Source: Candidatus Poribacteria bacterium
Lineage (GTDB): Bacteria; Poribacteria; WGA-4E; PCPOR2b
Length of the DNA stretch: 64,000 nucleotides
NCBI GenBank assembly: GCA_965116925.1
Contig: OZ220744.1
Coordinates: 3,328,001-3,392,000, forward strand
Reading direction: 5' to 3'
In this document: positions 61,331 to 64,000 of the stretch, piece after piece
How the letters are laid out: each line of letters opens with the position of its first letter
How positions within the stretch are numbered: the first letter of the stretch is position 1
Notes under the pieces: generated by a model
The model's database searches: none
The model's input: only the letters and a program-made list of their open reading frames with translations
What the model was told of the DNA's origin: nothing
Program-made: the position numbers and the translations under genes

Positions 61331-61522
61331 CAACGCTTTGGGGGGTAACATCGTCTTAACCGATGGCAACCAGAACGTCCTTTAGCGAATTGGAGGATCT
61401 TGCCACCTCGAAAGGCTGGACAAAATCACAATCGTGTGCGGGGCCAAAAATACGCCGTGATAAGAATGGCACCAAGCGACTCAAAACAGGGTAGCCCGCA
61501 AACTCTTGGCAATCACACGCCT
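61331..61522 (+). pseudogene. Rhs-core fragment joined to a decayed toxin C-terminal tip
   Basis: 61331-61381 repeats the 56552 fragment; then FSELEDLATSKGWTKSQSCAGPKIRRDKNG...GNHTP with a stop and frame change. Confidence 0.7.
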
Positions 61523-61587
61523 TGCAGTGGGATTTATAGTGAATTCTAAGATCTGCCATAGATTGACTTAAAAAAGACATAAAGAGG

Positions 61588-61968
61588 ATGGAGCAGATGA
61601 AACAGTACTACGAATTCCATAGCCTTGAGCATGTTTATCTAGAAGATAGTTGGGTACTTGATATTCAAACTGAACCTGACTCCGTGGAAATAATCCTTGA
61701 GACAGTTCTCACGGCAAATCATCCGCAGTATAGTGCCCCGCTGCCGAATGAGCAATACTGCTATCGAAACGGGCGAATCCGCTTTCAAAATGCGAAGAGT
61801 GTCACTTGGGTCAATAAGAGTATGATTCCTAATCTCGAGCCGGGGAGTCCACCTGACTATGGAAATATAGACGTATTTTACTTCTCTGAAGGTAGCTACC
61901 ACCTGATTGGAGAGTGGGGAGAGTTAGAGATTGTCTCATGCGAACCGCTGTTTGAATTGGTCGAATAA
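61588..61968 (+). CDS. Putative polymorphic-toxin immunity protein
   Basis: YLEDSWVL...HPQY..P.PNEQYCY..G.I.F...D.G.ID....G.WG pattern, which I recall downstream of toxin genes; follows the toxin-tip relic. Confidence 0.6.
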   Translation: MEQMKQYYEFHSLEHVYLEDSWVLDIQTEPDSVEIILETVLTANHPQYSAPLPNEQYCYRNGRIRFQNAKSVTWVNKSMIPNLEPGSPPDYGNIDVFYFSEGSYHLIGEWGELEIVSCEPLFELVE

Positions 61969-62012
61969 CACGAAACAGGTCGCTAATCACTTTGAGCCTC
62001 CCCGTCGTTTAG

Positions 62013-62103
62013 CACACCAATGCTTTGGGGGGTAACATCGTCTTAACCGATGACAACCAGAACCCCTCGTCCGGTATGAGTACGGTGTCTGCGGCGCTAT
62101 CCG
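62013..62103 (+). pseudogene. Third Rhs-core fragment
   Basis: cacaccaatgctttggggggtaacatcgtcttaaccgatgacaaccagaac...gtccggtatgagtacggtgtc (HTNALGGNIVLTDDNQN...RYEY). Confidence 0.85.
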
Positions 62104-62198
62104 ACAACGAGCACAACCCTGACCGCCTCTAAAAATTTTACACCATTGCCCTATGATCTCAAGAAGTTACCCATACCAAATCAAGATGGAGGATAAAA

Positions 62199-63266
62199 AT
62201 GGACAAACCGCATAGATGCCGTCTGTCTCAAATCCATGTGATAATTTTCCTGATCAGTTGCTTCATTTTAAGTGGGTGTGAAAAACGCTCCGATTGGGCG
62301 GATAAAGATGTAAATTTCCTGATTACCCAACTCAAAAGTAACCGATCCGACGGTAAACGGGGTTGGGCGGCTTACTGGTTGAGAAAAAAGACTGAGAAAC
62401 GAGATAAAGTGATACCCGCATTGACACAAGCGTTATTAAACGATGAGAATCGACGGGTTCGAGTAAGGGCGGTTTGGGCGTTAGGAGACATGAAACCGCC
62501 GGCTGTCTCTGCCATTCCTGCAATGATGGAGGCGTTGCAACACGAAGATACGGGCTGGCTAGAGCCGACAGCGAGTGAAGAGTGGGATCTTCACTGGGAG
62601 GTGGTCAAAGCATTGGGCGACATGGGAACCGAGGCGATACCCGCATTGATACAGGTTTTGCATAGTGACCTGAAGATTTGGCGCAACGCGGGCGTGGAAA
62701 TCTGCCAAATTGACCCTTCTATGCAAGACACTGTCATCGAGGCGATTGTTGGAAAACTGAGTCATGAAGACGGGGATATCCGCTCAAGCGCAATCTATGC
62801 ATTACAGAAGATTGACGAGTTGGCTCTACAGGAGATTGATGACTCGTTTCTGATCTCCATTTTTATTAAAGCGTTTAATGACCCGCACGCCGAGGTTCGC
62901 TGGAGAGCCATCAATGCGTTACAGAAATTTAATGATGTGTCTCTGGTTCCTGTTTTTGCCAAAGCGTTGAGCGACCCGGACCGTAACATCCGCAAACGTG
63001 CGATTGATGCTTTAGAAGAGATCGAACCGGCGGCGACAAAAGCCGCGGTGCCGGCGTTGATAGTAGCACTCAACGATGAATATCCTAGGGTTCGTCGTCA
63101 AGCGGCTAGAGCGTTAGGGAAGATTGGAGACCCTGCCGCTGTACCAATGCTGATAGAGAACTTGACTCATCAGGATCAATGGGTCCGCGAAGCGACGATT
63201 GACGCACTCAAAAAGATTGGCACCCCAGAAGCCCTGAAAGCCGTTCAGGAATTTGATAGCAAATAA
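62199..63266 (+). CDS. HEAT-repeat lipoprotein
   Basis: Lipobox LSGC; repeated VR..A..ALG and AVPALI.ALND HEAT units. Confidence 0.9.
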   Translation: MDKPHRCRLSQIHVIIFLISCFILSGCEKRSDWADKDVNFLITQLKSNRSDGKRGWAAYWLRKKTEKRDKVIPALTQALLNDENRRVRVRAVWALGDMKPPAVSAIPAMMEALQHEDTGWLEPTASEEWDLHWEVVKALGDMGTEAIPALIQVLHSDLKIWRNAGVEICQIDPSMQDTVIEAIVGKLSHEDGDIRSSAIYALQKIDELALQEIDDSFLISIFIKAFNDPHAEVRWRAINALQKFNDVSLVPVFAKALSDPDRNIRKRAIDALEEIEPAATKAAVPALIVALNDEYPRVRRQAARALGKIGDPAAVPMLIENLTHQDQWVREATIDALKKIGTPEALKAVQEFDSK

Positions 63267-63546
63267 CAGGATTGAGACAACCCCCGCTGTGCCCTTAATT
63301 CCTGAAAGACTTTATACCGCTTTTATTGGGGACAACTCAAAACGGTCGGCGGGGCTTGTGTTGTTTATCATCCGCTCATCTGACACCGGTAGCCCTATAA
63401 AATTGGAATATAGTATCGACCCTATTCATTATCACGGTGTTCGCATCATAAATAATCGAGGGGGAACAGACCAATGAAGTACGCTATCGTTTATGTCATC
63501 TGTATTATTTGTTTAATTGGAGTGGGTGTGTTAATGTGGCGCGTAG

Positions 63547-63763
63547 CTAGTACTCAGTCATATAAGTTTTGGAATTATTATATATGTTATCGTTTGCTTT
63601 CAATCAGGGCTCATGTAGAAAGTGCAAAGCACGAAAATAAATTGTAGGGGCGGGGTCTCCCCGCCCTTATTTGCCAGTGCGGGGGTCGGGTGACCCGACC
63701 CCTACGAAGTATTATGAGTCTCGATCCATATAGACAATCATAATTTGCCTGACAATGTACTAG
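63547..63763. mobile_element. CTAG-bounded MITE interrupting a short membrane-protein ORF that starts at 63474
   Basis: ctagtactcagtcatataagttt ... tgacaatgtactag, inverted relative to 12255-12373. Confidence 0.75.
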
Positions 63764-63788
63764 ACCTACCCCCCATTCAGAAAGGGGA

Positions 63789-64000
63789 TTGACAATAACG
63801 CTTCAGACGCTAGTCGAAAGCTGGAAAACGTCAGGAGCGTATAATAGCGTAGTGGACCCAGCGACCAAAGCAGACGTTAAAAAAGCGGAGACGACAATCG
63901 GCGCACAACTACCGACTTCATTGCGTGAAGCCTATCAGTTATTCGATGGAGGTTGGATGTGGGATTTAGATTTTTATCAACTTGACTTCAATGAACACGG
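63789..64000 (+). CDS. SMI1/KNR4 (SUKH) family immunity protein, 5' part only (absent from ORF track)
   Basis: Manual translation from TTG 63789: LTITLQTLVESWKTSGAYNSVVDPATKADVKKAETTIGAQLPTSLREAYQLFDGG; PAT...V...E..IG..LP..L..Y...DG is the SUKH signature. Confidence 0.8.
   Translation, partial: MTITLQTLVESWKTSGAYNSVVDPATKADVKKAETTIGAQLPTSLREAYQLFDGGWMWDLDFYQLDFNEH

Noticed and set aside
50897..64000. The orphan gene array as an integron cassette array
   Set aside because: No repeated attC-like palindromes between genes; the recurring spacer sequence is Rhs coding sequence.
1..64000. tRNA, rRNA, transposase, integrase or reverse transcriptase genes
   Set aside because: None recognised by eye; a tRNAscan/Rfam/HMM run would be needed to exclude divergent ones.

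Overview
Bacterial chromosomal window with mostly + strand genes and intergenic DNA full of REP-like hairpins and several families of nested MITEs. Gene content (PhyH/TauD dioxygenases, TPR/HEAT/LRR lipoproteins, many restriction-modification systems) resembles Candidatus Poribacteria or similar sponge symbionts, but this is inference only. Layout: (1) 1-6.5 kb, a minus-strand type I RM locus (Schlafen/AlbA gene, hsdM, small ORF, hsdS, TIR gene cut by the window edge) carrying relics of a tandem duplication and a REP inserted in frame in hsdM. (2) 6.7-28.5 kb, metabolic and housekeeping genes: ApnL-like lactonase, esterase, TauD, an SfiI-family type II RM pair, ureEFG, an Nth-like glycosylase, pcm, a Rad52-like protein behind a long structured leader, and nagZ. 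(3) 28.7-42.3 kb, a defence island: MNT-HEPN, a 1368-aa nuclease-STAND-TPR (Avs-like) protein, a TIR-like protein, type III RM and an OLD-like ATPase-TOPRIM. (4) 43-50 kb, folK, XPB helicase, PhyH, Nudix and a ThDP enzyme. (5) 50.9-64 kb, a co-oriented array of small lipoprotein, repeat-protein and immunity-like genes interspersed with three decayed Rhs-core fragments and a toxin-tip relic, read here as an eroded polymorphic-toxin orphan-cassette array. No rRNA, tRNA, CRISPR array or intact transposase was recognised. All family calls come from motif recognition by eye, not database searches.
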